NCBI RefSeq assembly: GCF_006345805.1
Contig: NC_043008.1
Coordinates: 60,078,001-60,142,000 of the forward strand
Length of the DNA: 64,000 nucleotides
Reading direction: 5' to 3'
Origin: Octopus sinensis
Lineage: Eukaryota
Each line of letters opens with the position of its first letter. Position 1 is the stretch's first letter. Of this stretch, positions 40,292 to 54,882 are shown piece by piece. The notes below the pieces were generated by a model. That model worked only from the letters and a program-made list of their open reading frames with translations, searched no databases and was not told the origin of the DNA. The translations under genes were made by a program, and so were the position numbers.

Positions 40292-40353
40292 AGTTATTCG
40301 AAACTTACGCAAATCTGAGACCACACTTGAAGTAAATTAAAACCTGTCGAACC

Positions 40354-40781
40354 TACTCTTTACTCTCGCTTTTACTCTTTTACTTGTTTCAGTCATTTGA
40401 CTGCCGCCATGCTGGAGCCACCGCCTTTAGTCGAGAAAATCGACCCCGGGACTTATTCTTTGTAAGCCCAGTACTTATTCTATCGGTCTTTTTTGCCGAA
40501 CCGCTAAGTGACGGGGACATAAACACACCAGCATCGGTTGTCAAGCAATGCTAGGAGGACAAACACAGACACACAAACATGCACATTCACATATATACAT
40601 ATACATACATATATACGACAGGCGGCTTCTTTCAGTTTCCGTCTACCAAATCCACTCACAAGGCATTGGACGGCCCGGGGCTATAGCAGAAGACACATGC
40701 CCAAGTTGCCACGCAGTGAGACTGAACCCGGAACCATGTGGTTGGTAAACAAGCTACTTACCACATAGCCACTCCTGCACC
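40354..40781 (-). mobile_element. SINE family D
   Basis: Reverse complement of the family, full length, with tail repeats. Confidence 0.9.
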
Positions 40782-42209
40782 TACGTGAGACTTACATCAT
40801 TTTTTTCTTTATGTACTTCAATAATTCTCTATTTTCTATGTTTCCATTACGCTATTTTCTTTCAATTACATCAGTCAGTGTCGAGTTTCATAAACATGAC
40901 GGATATTCTCAAATATGAAAATGAAAAACCTGACAGGCTTTTCTCAGTTACGCCATAATAAGTTGTGAAACGTATTAAAAATTGCCTATTTTCAAGAAGA
41001 AATTACCACAGATTTAATCTGAGGTAAAAAAATGTTTATGGCCTGTTGAATATTAGGAAAAGAAAGAATAACGTGAAATCATCTCTTCTTTCACATTGTT
41101 GAATATAATCCCATAAAACTATTATCACCTATAAAAGGATGGTAGTTGAATAGCTGGAGAATATTACGTGTTGGATACATTACGCTGAAATTGTTAGTTA
41201 CGAAAATAGCCGTCAAAATATTTAAGTGTCAACAGATAGATGTTTAATAGTATTTAAAGTGTGTATAAACAACAATTGTACAAGATTTCTTTTTACATGG
41301 CCTGTCCAAATCTCATTTCTGTGCTGCATATATACATGTGAACATACATACATACATACGTTCATATACATATATACATGCATTCATGCTTACACGAATG
41401 CATACGTACATGCATGCATACATACATATATACATACATACACGTATATACATATTTAAACATACATATATTCAGATACATATACACTCAGATATACATA
41501 TATGCTAAAATTCATCACTATATAAAGACATCACTGTCCCTTTATCTTTATTGTTTCCTATAAAAATCATCCCCTTGATTAAAAAGAGGAAAATATATTT
41601 AGAAAATAGATGTCAAAAGCTTTGTATTCAAACATTGAAAAAACGATTTCAATTTACGGTAACGACTTCTATATATCTGCAAACATTTATGCGTTATGAA
41701 TTCGTGTTAAGAGGAGAGCGTCGAACAATTTTAAAGAAAAGTAGGTCGCAGTATTTAGATACTTCTCGAACAAAATATAATGGGAGAGTATTACCATATG
41801 CTTACTTTCATTCACACTATATACGCAGAAGGTTATTATAATATAAACAAGATATTTGAAATGTTATCTGACTTGTTGTCAGCCAGTCGCAACGTTAGTA
41901 CCTACCTACTATCAACTTCATAAACTGACGACAAAAACGCTTTCTTTGTCTAATATGTTTTTCTTAACGCATCATTGATAAGGTGAAGCTAACAGCTGAC
42001 GCACTGCCTTTAGTCTATACATCAAAATGCTTTTTACTTGCCGCAGATGTTAGCTTCCTTACGGCAAATTTCTACAACGATAACAACTGATGTGAAACAT
42101 GTGACGTTACAAGAATCAATATTGAATCAAACCCTTTTACGGTGACAAATTTTAATATAAAAAGTATTGTAGTAACAAACTTTAAAATCTAACACAGAAT
42201 TACTAAAAT

Positions 42210-42378
42210 GAGTGGCTGTGTGGTAAGTAGCTTGCTAACCAACCACATGGTTCCGGATTCAGTCTCACCGCGTGGCACCTTGGGAAAGTGTCTTCTGCTA
42301 TAGCCTCGGGCCGACCAAAGCCTTGTGAGTGGATTTGGTAGGCGGAAGCTGAAAGAAGCCTGTCGTATATATGTATAT

Positions 42379-42437
<59 letters not shown>

Positions 42438-42662
42438 ATATGTTTGTGTGTCTGTGTTTGTCCTTGTAGCATTGCTTGACAACCGATGCTGGTATGTTTA
42501 CGTCCCCGTCACTTAGCGGTTCAGCAAAAGAGACCGATAGAATAAGTACTGGGCTTACAAAGAATAAGTCCTGGGGGGTCGATTTGATCGACTAAAGGCG
42601 GTGCTCTAGCATGGCCGCAGTCAAATGACTGAAACAAGTAAAAGAGTAAACAGTAAAGAGTA
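42210..42662 (+). mobile_element. SINE family D
   Basis: Same organisation; slightly 5'-truncated. Confidence 0.9.
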
Positions 42663-43032
42663 ATCATTATCACTACAAAAGCTGAGTATGAATCTCTATA
42701 AGATATTTTAGTTGAAGCAATTTAGTTCGATAACTTTCGGCTCTGTTAAATTTTTGTTTATGCTCCGTGCCTACAGAGATCCGTGATCATGGTCTCCCAT
42801 ACCCTTCCATTCACTCTCTCCACAACTTATCACGTTATTGAATCAATATTTCTGAAGCCAGCTGGTAAGGCTACCGTGTATCCTCTCTCATCGCTTTCTT
42901 CTAGCTGTCAATATTCTACTTGTCACTAAGCGTTCCTGGTTCTTTCTTCTCATAGGGTATTCCATGAACTGGGCTTGTATTATTAAATCTTCTTATGTTT
43001 TTAATCTTTTAGTTTGGAGGGAAGATATTACC

Positions 43033-43264
43033 AAGGCGGCGAGCTGGCAGAACCGTTAGCACGCCGGGCGAAATGCGTATCCGTATTTCGTCTGCCGTTA
43101 CGTTCTGAGTTCAAATTCCGCCGAGGTCGACTTTGCCTTTCATCCTTTCGGGGTCGATAAATTAAGTACCAGTTACGCACTGGGGTCGATGTAATCGACT
43201 TAATCCGTTTGTCTGTCCTTGTTTGTCCCCTGTATGTTTAGCCCCTTGTGGGCAATAAAGAAAC
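43033..43264 (+). mobile_element. SINE family C, full-length monomer
   Basis: AAGGCGGCGAGCTGGCAGAA...GAGTTCAAATTCC...GTCGACTTTGCCTTTCATCCTTTCGGGGTCGATAAATTAAGTACCAG (resembles a Nin/Deu-type centre); TSD AGATATTACC (43023-43032, 43265-43274). Confidence 0.9.
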
Positions 43265-44039
43265 AGATATTACCGGTAACGTCTGGTTGGAGGAAGGAGA
43301 AAATGTCATCAAACTGGAGAACTCGCCAGAACGATCGTAATGGTGTGGACTCTATTAAAGGCACCGAAAAATTAAGGAGAATCTTGCAGCTATTTGCTTG
43401 TCTTAGGAATTCAGGAATTCGATGTTTGTCACTTTATTTGCACAAGATGCCATCAGTATTTGTCAAATATAAAAACATCTCTTTGATACATGTGACTTCA
43501 ATTTGTGCTCAGAGTAGAGCTATTTTTGTACCTGATGACGCAGCCTGGTAAACAATTTACACGAGAGCGTGGGAAATTAGAATGCTGTAATGTTTTAACC
43601 GAATATAAACACAGCATATATTACGGTTTTGTTCGTTTGAGGGTGCTTATACTTTCGGTAAATTAAATCTCTTCGTCATTACCCATGCCTTGGCTAACGA
43701 AGTTGGTAATTAAATATCTCTGGGAATAATTGGCTTACTGAAACTCATGCGTGTGTCCCTGTCATTAAGACATACAAAATTATACATATATGCAGCACTC
43801 TCTGTCTGTCTGTCTGCCTGTCTCTCTCTCCCTATATATATTTATATTTATGCATGGCATGTGTGTTTATATGCATGTATGCGTGTAGACACACACATAC
43901 ACGCACACGTATACATATACATACACACACAGATATATATACACTATTATGTTTATATCTATAGCTGGATATATATATATATCTCTATAAATGGATATAT
44001 GTGTACATGTAAATATATATATATATTTATATATAATAA

Positions 44040-44290
44040 ATATTAGGGAATAAATCCAAACTTACAGGGAAAAATCAGATTTAGGATTGAATCCAATTTT
44101 ATAGTAAAATATAGTAAAAATTTTATAGTAAAATTTGATGACAGAAGACAGGAAACGATCGTAGTGGATATTAATTATATTTTTTAATAATTGTTACATA
44201 TCTAAATAATATAAATTAATTTATGTATTGGCTTAAGTCTTTCATTGTTTGATTTGCATAATAGTGATTTTGTCTCTAATTTAATATAAT
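44040..44290 (+). mobile_element. Probable Penelope-type fragment in (TA)n with a decayed hammerhead
   Basis: TTGATGA-CAGAAGACAG-GAAAC-GATC-GTA at 44135-44163 with palindromic ACGATCGT; stems I and II are broken; TA tracts on both sides. Confidence 0.35.
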
Positions 44291-44295
44291 ATATT

Positions 44296-44333
<38 letters not shown>

Positions 44334-45104
44334 TATATATTTATATGTATATATGCCACCATAAACATAGTTGTGTATATATTTATGCCTGTATCTATTT
44401 TAATTATTCTTTACGACATGGTTCCGTCAATGGACTGCAGTCATGCTGGGGCGCTTCGTTGACAAGTTTGGTCGGAATTATGGATTCCTGTTACTTTTTA
44501 AAGTTTGGTACTTATTCTATCAGTTCCTTTGCCGAATTTAAAGTTACGGCAACATAACGAATCCAACCCAAATTGTCAGCGTTAATGGTGAGAGCAGAAT
44601 AAAACGCAAGGACACACGTGCACACATACGTCATAAGAATTTATATAAAGCTCGAGAGAACGTGAACTAAATCGGTTTTGAAATGGTTGATCTCGAAGTA
44701 TATAAAGCTATAAATATTAATGGGTTTGAGTCACATGATCAACCGTCGGGTTTTTCTGTCCAGAAGACATTTTAAACCAATATTTACGTGTTCTTATTTA
44801 TGGCTTTATCTACTTCGAGATCTACCATTTCAGACAAGAAACATTTCATTTTCTCTCGGAGTATATGACCATTCTTGTGGCGCCAACAGCAGACAGTTCT
44901 CACTGGTAAGAATGAAGTCTCTTAAATTAATAGAGACAATGGAAGGATTGTTTTAGTTCAATAGTAGAAGGTCTGTCAAGTTTACAGATGTGGTTTCGAG
45001 TCACACAAGCAGCTTATATAACTTTTGTTTTGTATTCGATATCCACTATTCCATAAGAAAATTAATTCTTGTTCTCTTGAAGTTTATACAAATTCTCAAA
45101 TACA

Positions 45105-45137
<33 letters not shown>

Positions 45138-45178
45138 GAAAGAATGGAGTTGAACGACGAATTAACAAAATTTCTTTA

Positions 45179-45261
45179 TTTTCGACATATGTTTCGAAGG
45201 CTGCATATTCCTAATTGCGAAGGAATAAAGAGTATATTATGCCGCTTTCTCATCAGGAAAA
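45179..45261 (-). ncRNA. Type I hammerhead ribozyme in a ~190-bp insert within (TACA)n
   Basis: Minus strand reads TTTTC-CTGATGA-GAAAGCGGCATA...TATGCAGCCTTC-GAAAC-ATAT-GTC-GAAAA: 5-bp stem I, stem II with 10/12 pairs, palindromic stem III ACATATGT. Confidence 0.75.
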
Positions 45262-45933
45262 GCAAGGAACTTATGTCAACATCAAGATGCACAAAAAACT
45301 TTTAGATGACTACTCACACGGAGCCCATTACCTACATACATACATACACACACACGCTCACATATACATATGCATAATTTAGGAGTCTGATGAAGGTGAA
45401 CGAGTCGAAACGTCGAAGTCACAGCTAACCCATTTCCTTCTTATTCCTATTTAAATTACTTTTAATCGGTTATCTCTGTACGAATTAAGATACATCTTGC
45501 AAATCTCTCCTGATACATATTGTGTAGGCGAATTCTTAACAATTATCATAGGGCTTAATGCGGGATAACAAAACGAAAAATCACCCCCAGATATATTCTA
45601 GATGTTTTTTGTTGTACGATTTAGCATTTTATAAATGGTTGTGCGTTCTTCTTTTAAGTATCATTGCTATAAGAGAACTGAACCCAGATAGGAGCTTAAT
45701 AGAGTTTCGAAACTTAATCCCCCACATGCCTTTTTGAGCTCAGTAATTATTAACTAAATGTAGGGATGTAATTTTGCAGATTTTCCACATGAAATGGCTA
45801 CATGTTTTTGACGTATAGACATACAAGACTTGCACATGTTTGTTTTAAAATGTTCCTGTCACATTGGTTTAACAATAATATATATTTATACGCATGCATA
45901 CACACATAAATAAATAAATACAAACATACATAC

Positions 45934-45934
<1 letters not shown>

Positions 45935-45982
<48 letters not shown>

Positions 45983-45991
45983 ATATATAAT

Positions 45992-46025
<34 letters not shown>

Positions 46026-46033
46026 TATATAAT

Positions 46034-46085
<52 letters not shown>

Positions 46086-46090
46086 ATATA

Positions 46091-46139
<49 letters not shown>

Positions 46140-46146
46140 TATATAT
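45935..46146. repeat. Long (TA)n microsatellite
   Basis: Direct reading. Confidence 0.95.
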
Positions 46147-47234
46147 GTTTGTACGTTCATATGCACATATATGCAAACCTATGCGTAAACATGTTACAAG
46201 GAAACGTATAGGAAGTACGAAGGGAAAAGTGAGGAAAGAAAAGGAATGGAATACGGAAGACAAAGAAACAAATTGAAAATGATAAGGAAAATGCAATCTA
46301 AAGGGGAAACAAAACAAAATACAACGAAAATGCCTAGCTGAAGGGAAATGCGTAAATGTAGGGGAAATATAATCATAAATCTAATTTCAGCTTCATCTAT
46401 CGGGTAGTAATGTGACCGAAAGCAAGAAAACACGGTTTGTAAGTAAATCAAATTAATAACTACTGTGAAGATATTGCTGTTGCTTACAACATACCGAGAA
46501 GATTTCATCATATTCTATCTAGTAATTAATTCAACTGTCTATTCAGGTCTTGCTAAGGTTGTATAACAATTTCATCAAGTATATATAGGGAAACTAAAAT
46601 AGAGTATAAAAATCCTTCGAGTCATTTCTATGATTAGATCTTTCTAAGTTTTCATCTATGAAGAATCTATTTGTTATAAATCTCTCTGACATTTTGCCAC
46701 TAACATATAGCTAATATTTGTCAATTTTCTGGAAACATTAACGAAACTGATATAATAGTTTCCCATCATGCAAAGCACTAGCTCAATGTTTTGTTGAAAA
46801 TGCGATATAGTTGACTGAAATATAATTTTTATATTTGTTTTACATTTTCGCACAAAGCCAGCAATTTCGAGGAGGGAGGGACTAAGTCGATTGCATCGAC
46901 CCCAATCAACCTCAAGTAGTCGACCCCGAAAGGATAGAAGGCAAAAGTGAACTCGGAAATAACATTCTTATATTTATTTCTTTATTGCCCACAGGGGGCA
47001 AAAGATAGAGGGTACAAACAAGGACAGACAAAGGGATTAAATCAATTACATCGACCTCAGTTCGTAACTGGTGCTTATTTAATCGACCCCAAAAGGAGGA
47101 ACGGCGAAGTCGATCTCGGCAGAAATATCATTCTTATATTAATTAATATCTACGTTTCCTGATTTATTGAGTCCAGTCGATTGAATTGAATGGTTATTCC
47201 AAGGAGATTTGATCTCCCTGTTACAAATTACAAA

Positions 47235-47447
47235 CGTGATTCCCTCGACTATCGCGGTTGTTACGGTAGGAGAAAATCTGCGAAGTAGAAACAGTAGTTT
47301 ATATATTTTTTAATTTTTATAATTTGTATATCTTTATTTTTTTCATAAATTCTAAACAACACCACGGATGAATCGACGTAAGCTTAAATAATAAACTGCG
47401 ATAGGTAAACCGCGATAGGCGAACCGCGATATGGCGAGAGATTACTG
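47235..47447. mobile_element. Tigger/pogo-like MITE
   Basis: Left end CGTGATTCCCTCGACTATCGCGGTT versus reverse-complemented right end CAGTAATCTCTCGCCATATCGCGGTT; repeated ACCGCGATA subterminal motifs. Confidence 0.6.
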
Positions 47448-48118
47448 TTACTGTACAGTGAAGAATGCTAGTGAGTACTTTTCGTGTTTTAAGAGCCTCT
47501 GTGTCTCAGGGCGGCGAACTGGTAGAATCATTATAAATTCCTTGCCACATTTGTTCCAGCTGTTTACCCTGATGAGACCAAATTGTTCTTTCACAAATTC
47601 TGAGGTCGATAAAATAAAGTACTTGTCTACTAGTGAATCCGATGGTATCGACTAACCTACTTTGCCAAAGTGCACGCTTACGTCTATATAAGAAGCCATT
47701 ATTTCGGTACCCTGACCTAAATCGTAAATTAGATCAAACGTTCAAGTTGTACAAAGAGCATATAGGCAGACAGTTTGGCCGTAGGTCATTCCTGATTCAG
47801 CAGACTAATGGTCGAGGCGTTGAGGGCAAGACTGTTGTTATTGCTATTAATGTTATTATTTAGCTCCAAATCAACTCTGACATAATTCAGATTGGATTAA
47901 AGGATTTGATAGCAGTACTGTTGCTATTGTTACTTTGCGCCAGATCAGACCTGATTCAGGAGACTCATGATTTAATGTACACCGGTGGGAACTCTAGATC
48001 AGCTCTGGCCCAGAATGATTGAATGTATCTATAGCAGGGATATTGCCGGAAACTTGCAATAGTAATAATGCTGTTGATGTTGTTTTGCGCTAGGTTATCC
48101 CCGATCAAGTGAAAATCA

Positions 48119-48812
48119 TTGACATTCCATCCCTGACCGTCATATCTTTGACATTCCATTCCTGACCGTCATATCTATGACATTCCATCCCTGACCGTCA
48201 TATCTTTGACATTCCATTCCTGACCGTCATATCTATGACATTCCCTTCCTGACCGTCATATCTTTGACATTCCATTCCTGACCGTCATATCTTTGACATT
48301 CCATTCCTGACCGTCATATCTATGACATTCCGTTCCTGGCCGTCATATCTTTGACATTCTATTCCTGACCTTCATATCTTTGACATTCCATTCCTGACCG
48401 TCATATCTTTGACATTCCATTCCTGACCGTCATATCTTTGACATTCCATTCCTGACCGTCATATCTTTGACATTCCATCCCTGACCGTCATATCTTTGAT
48501 ATTCCATTCCTGACCGTCATATCTTTGACATTCTATTCCTGACCTTCATATCTTTGACATTCCATTCCTGACCGTCATATCTTTGACATTCTATTCCTGA
48601 CCTTCATATCTTTGACATTCCATTCCTGACCGTCATATCTTTGACATTCCATTCCTGACCGTCATATCTTCGACATTCCATTCCTGACCGTCATATCTTT
48701 GACATTCCCTTCCTGACCGTCATATCTTTGACATTCCCTTCCTGACCGTCATATCTTTGATATTCCATTCCTGACCGTCATATCATTGATATTCCATTCC
48801 TGACCGTCATAT
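48119..48812. repeat. 29-bp minisatellite, about 24 copies
   Basis: Consensus GACATTCCATTCCTGACCGTCATATCTTT; unit starts run from 48121 to 48788 (23 x 29 bp) with substitutions only. Confidence 0.97.
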
Positions 48813-49281
48813 ATTTATTTAGAGGTAGTGCAAAGCAAATAACATTTATCCAGTGCTTCTTTTCTGAAGAGAACATGATGTGAATTGAGAAAAAATTGGG
48901 TATTGTGCTTAGCAAATTGAGTAACAACACAGGTATTTGCACGCTGGCTAGTAGATTTAACAGGAGTTCAAGCCTGGAAGTCAAATTAAACGCGTCAAGT
49001 GGTAACCTTTTCAACAACAATAATATTGCTTCAAATTCACAGACAGATAGTATTGTGTACGAGAGTGTAGTCTAGTCTGGTGACGCAACACAGTAGACAT
49101 CTCGTACATAATTTAATGGTCGATTACATCGACCCCCGCACGCCGAAGAATAAAATCTAAGTCGACCTTTGTGGAATTTGAACTCAGAACGTAGAGCCGG
49201 AAGTAATGTGGCTAACCATTTAATCCGATGCTCTACCGATGTTACCGTAGAATAATAATACTAACAGCAACAACAACAACA

Positions 49282-49288
<7 letters not shown>

Positions 49289-49350
<62 letters not shown>
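49289..49350. repeat. (AAT)n microsatellite
   Basis: Direct reading. Confidence 0.95.
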
Positions 49351-49485
49351 GTAGTGGCTAATATAGCCAATTAGGAAATATCTTGAAGATTTTAAACAGC
49401 TGTATAAATATGTCAAAGTTTATTAAAGCAAAATTGCACTTGTGTAAAGTTGCCAAAATAACTGCAACCTACTAATTCAATGAAG

Positions 49486-49531
<46 letters not shown>

Positions 49532-49552
49532 AACGTATATATTTATACATGC

Positions 49553-49585
<33 letters not shown>

Positions 49586-49638
49586 CATACATATATTCCC
49601 TCATACATATGTATATTTATACATACACACATAGAAAC

Positions 49639-49670
<32 letters not shown>

Positions 49671-50465
49671 GTATTGGTCTGTGTGTAAGTGTTGTGTGCG
49701 TGTGTTGAGTGAAAGAAATAGCGCAATTTCATATACAGAATATGAGATGAGAGTGCCGCAAAATTCGAGGGTTTTCATTTCCACGAGGTTTCCAAAAATA
49801 GATTTTGTCCATATTCATATTCTGAATAAGTTATCGATCCTAGATTTTGGCTGAAATAATATTTTTACTAGAGATTGGAGATTCAGTTTCTGGCAAGCTA
49901 GTTGCATAATTTAGTACCGTTTTTGTTTTTCTTTGTCTAATACAATTGCAGTGAGAAAACTGTAATGCCAGCATACTAGAGACTTCAGCCATACTTACAT
50001 ACCGCCCGACATACCGACCAACCTATACTTACACACATACACAGACACATATACATAGACATACACGTGTGTGTGTGTGTGTGTGTGTGCGTAAAGCTTC
50101 AGTTTTGCTCTGCTGTTTTGTTTTCTTTCAATCAAAGTATTTCTTATATATATACCATTTGACTTTTGACTTTTTACTCACAATCACGCTACGTAGCTCC
50201 AAACATACGCACGCACACATCCAATGCATACACACACACATACACACGTTTACACTCTCACGCACATACGCATATATTGATATAGACATGTATGTACACA
50301 CACACACATACCCATGTATATGTGTGCGAGCACGCCAAGATGCAGAAATATTCTATGGAGCATTCAGTTTCCCCGTGACATCCATCCTTACCAACCATAT
50401 ATAAGTACATCTTGCATCACTAATACTATATTTTGTAATAGTGGAGGATTTTGTGTGTGTGTGTG

Positions 50466-50496
<31 letters not shown>

Positions 50497-51465
50497 ATAT
50501 ATATATGTATATATGTATGTATGTACATATGTATCTTTGTTTATGTATATGTATGTATATATGTATATTTGTATATGTATATATATGTATATTTGTATAT
50601 ATATATACATATGTATATATATCTATCTATGTATATATATATATATATGTGTGTGTGTGTATATATATTTGTATATGCTTTTGTATATGTTTATGCTTAT
50701 ATATAAGCATATGTATATATATACATATATATATATGTATATATTTATTTGTGTGTGTGTGTGCGTATGTGTTTGCGTATGTATGCATATATATCGACAT
50801 TGATACATGTGTAGACGTACGTAGACGTGGGTGCATATATATATATATATATGTGTGTGTGTGCGTGTGTGTGTGTGTGAGTTCGCACGACGAGAGATTT
50901 AAACAGATGAAATGCAAAATTGCAAAAAGTAGAAGAAAGTGAGACAGGGAGAGAAAGCAGGTTGCGAGAGCGAGAAAGAGAGAGAGAGAGAGTGAGAAAA
51001 AGAGAGAGAGAAAGAGAGAAAGAGATAGAGAGAGAGGGGGGGAGTTATTATGATAGAATAGAAATTCCGGGAGTGTAAGTGAGAGGCAGAGAGAATTACA
51101 AAAAACAATAACAACAACAACCAAAAAATCACAGAAAACAGTGGATAGGTGGAAGGAGTCATAAAAGGGCAAGAAAATATAAAGGGGAAAACTGTAAGAG
51201 ACGGAAAGACAGAAATAGACCCAGATATGTGTGCACACATAATCATGAGAGGTTACACTTTTGTGCATCAATATGTCTGCTTTCTCGTTTCTCGCATAAA
51301 CAATGCACTCTATTGCATGTATTTAATTTTTCACTTAAATTCTAAGAAATAAAGTCAGCTTAGCATAAACATAAATCAGTAAATAACTAAAAAGTATTCG
51401 CATATATATATACATACACATACATACATATACATACATATATATATATATATATATACATACAT

Positions 51466-51535
<70 letters not shown>

Positions 51536-52977
51536 ATTCATTTGATAATATCTTTTTATCTTATTTACTTTGGAAGTTTCGGAAACATGAGAATATTACA
51601 AATAAAATATATAAATTGTGTAGCTTACTACCGAAATTTCGTTTTCTTGATGTTGTTGCTAATGCTGTTGTTGTTGTTATTAATATTTTTTCGTTTTAGA
51701 AATTATATCTTTGTAGCAGAAAAATTCCTGGAATTTTTATATTTTGGAAAGTAAGAAATTCTCGAACGGAAAACAATATGGAAAGCTGATATCTAGGAAG
51801 AAATCTCTCGAAATAAATCAATTTTGAATGTTAAGCAACATCTACCGCATTAAGGCAATATTTAGTGTTAGTAAGAAATAGATTAAGGTTTAAAAATATA
51901 ATAAAAATGTAACAATATAATAAAAATCAGTTGAATTTGCTTCCTAAATGTCGATTTATAGTCATGCGTTCGTTTCTGCGTATCCTGTAATTAGATACGG
52001 GCAATAGACTGCGCGGAATTCTTGGAGTAGACTACCTAGGTATGGTTCTTTACGTTCTGATCTGAAATGAAACGCGCTAGCTGGATATATCGTTAGCACG
52101 CCTGACAAAATGCTTAGCAGTATTCCTTCTAAATTTAGGCTCCGAGCCTGACTTTGCCTTTCATTGTTCCAGGGTAGAACAGAATAAGCACAGAAGTCGC
52201 TGTAATTGTCTAGATCCCTCCCTCAAATTTTGAGTCTTTCTGCCTATAATATAAAGAATTCTGTATTCAAGTCCCGTTAAAAGCAACTTTTACAAATGAT
52301 ATCGAGGAAGAACATAAATCCCATTGATAGTAAACTTCACATTCTAAGTTCAAATTTCCTCGCTGGTAACCTTACGTTCTGAATTCAAATTCTGAAGGGA
52401 CAGGCTCTTCATTTCGACCTACTGTGGCACCAGTCATTTACGAAAGGTTGATACAATGACTTTCATCCTGATGTACGCTACCTACTTATAGTAAACGTGA
52501 AAATTTGTTTTAAAATTGATTTTTGTTAAAGAATATGAATCTATGAGACCTACGGCTACAACATCATGAAGTATACGGAATACAAGGAAAGGATCACCTT
52601 ATGAAATTTGGAGGAAGTGAGCCAGTCAATTAGATCGACCCCAATACGCAACTGGTACTTAGTTTATCGATCCCCAAAGGATGAAAGACAAAGTCAACCT
52701 CGGCGGAATTTTAACTCAGAACAACTTCGTCTGTGGAAACATTAAGAAGGAGGTGTATATATAATCGACATGAATATAGCGAAAATAGCTGCTGCCGCTG
52801 CTGTTGCTGCTGCTGCTGGTAATGATGGTGTTGACATTGATAATAAGGAAGATGAGGAAGATGATAATGACGCAGATAAATGTATTGAATAAAATGGCGG
52901 CAGCAATGACAACGTTGGTATTAATGAGGAGTACCATAGTATAGCTTTTGCTAATAAAAGTTTTGATGATAATGATA

Positions 52978-53200
52978 TATTTCTTTATTGCCCACAAGGG
53001 GCTAAACATAGAGGGAACAGACAAAGGGATTAAGTCGATTATATTGACCCCAGTGCGTAACTGGTACTTAATTTATCGACCCCGAAAGGATGAAAGGCAA
53101 AGTCGACCTCGGCGGAATTTGAACTCAGAACGTAACGGCAGACGAAATACGGCTACGCATTACGCCCGGCGTGCTAACGTTTCTGCCAGCTCGCCGCCTT
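52978..53200 (-). mobile_element. SINE family C monomer
   Basis: Reverse complement of the 43033 copy; flanked by TGATGATAATGATA. Confidence 0.88.
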
Positions 53201-53370
53201 TGATGATAATGATAATGATGATAATGATACCAGTGCTGGTGGCTCGTTCATAACACTAAATAAATACCTACTAAATGCGTGTTTTAGCCCCTTAACTTTA
53301 TTTACACTTCGGCAGAACTACAACGCTGAATTTAGACATTTTGCAAAACTAAAATTTAAACTGTAACATA

Positions 53371-53509
53371 GGCGCAGGCATGGCTGTGTGGTAAGAAGCC
53401 TGTTCCCGAATCCCACTGCGAGAAACCTTGGGCGAATGTCTCCTACTATAATGTCGGGCTGACCAAAGCCTTCAGTGGATTTAGTACACGGAAATTGAAA
53501 GAAGCCCGT

Positions 53510-53595
<86 letters not shown>

Positions 53596-53800
53596 ATATA
53601 TATGTGTGTGTGTGTCTTTGTATCTGTGTTTGTCCCCCACCACCACTTGACAACTAGTGTTGATGTGTTTACGTCTCCGTAACTTAGCGGCTTGGCAAAA
53701 GAGAACGATAGAATAAATACTGGTGTCGATACATTCGACTAAAACAAATTGTTCGATGCGCTGGCCCAGCTTAGCAACAGTCTAATGACTGAAATAAATA
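53371..53800 (+). mobile_element. SINE family D, older
   Basis: GGCGCAGGCATGGCTGTGTGGTAAG head and internal TA/TG tract. Confidence 0.8.
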
Positions 53801-54413
53801 AATAAATAGATAAATAAATAAAAGATAGATAATTTTGTTGAGTAAATGAAATACCAGTGATACATTGGGGATAAATCCTAACGTTTTATATTATCTGTCA
53901 TATAAAATAAAATAGAAATAACACCACCTCCATGTCTTTCCAAATTGAATCAGTTGCTAACCTTACAACTTTCAATTGTTTCTGGTTAACGTATCTGTTC
54001 AAAGCAATTTGTTACTACAATTTCCAGATCATTGAAAATATAATGAAACCCCCTGTAACTACAAGGAGATGACTTGAAGTCCGAAAAGAACACTTTAGAC
54101 ACCATTAACGATATCTCTATTCAAGTTAACATCAATTATGATGCGCCAAAATGGACGATAAAAGTGAATTTACTCGACGTGTAATGTCTAAAATAGCGAA
54201 TACCTTCGTAAAGTATTTTTCTTCATTTTGATTGCCTGACGATGTCTATTCGTAAGGAGAGACATCTTGTTAAAACACAATGTGTGCAAAGCAACCACAG
54301 ACACATGGTCACAGAACACACGCATACAGCACTCACCTTTCTTTCTGTGTGTCTGGTTCTCTGTATGCATATATGTGTATGTATACATATCTGCCGCTCT
54401 CTAACTTCCTCCC

Positions 54414-54612
<199 letters not shown>

Positions 54613-54715
54613 GTGTGTATGTATGTGTTTGTGTAAATGTCTATCTTTCTATCCACTATCATCCTATCATCCTATCCACTAGGTCATACACCTTCATGTA
54701 TATATCGCTAGCCAC

Positions 54716-54882
54716 TACACATTCTTTATTTTCTCTCCTTGTTTCTTTCTGTGTTCCTTACTGTGGAAGAGCGTAGGCTCGAAACGTTAAATACTTTTTC
54801 ACTTCCTGAACGTTATACTAATACATCTGTTTGATGTCTACACCACTGTCTTCGTCTTTCATTTGTTGTGAATTCGCCCCCC

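Noticed and set aside
39155-42482. Recurrent ORFs containing [20 protein letters not shown] and similar peptides
   Set aside because: Antisense translations of the non-coding family D SINE; the recurrence reflects SINE copy number.
45935-46146. Repeated single phase shifts (AA or TT) inside (TA)n tracts throughout the window
   Set aside because: Likely sequencing or assembly artefacts or slippage in self-complementary TA runs; not interpretable without reads.
48119-48812. 29-bp repeats resembling a CRISPR array
   Set aside because: Units are directly adjacent with no unique spacers, there are no cas genes, and the context is eukaryotic.
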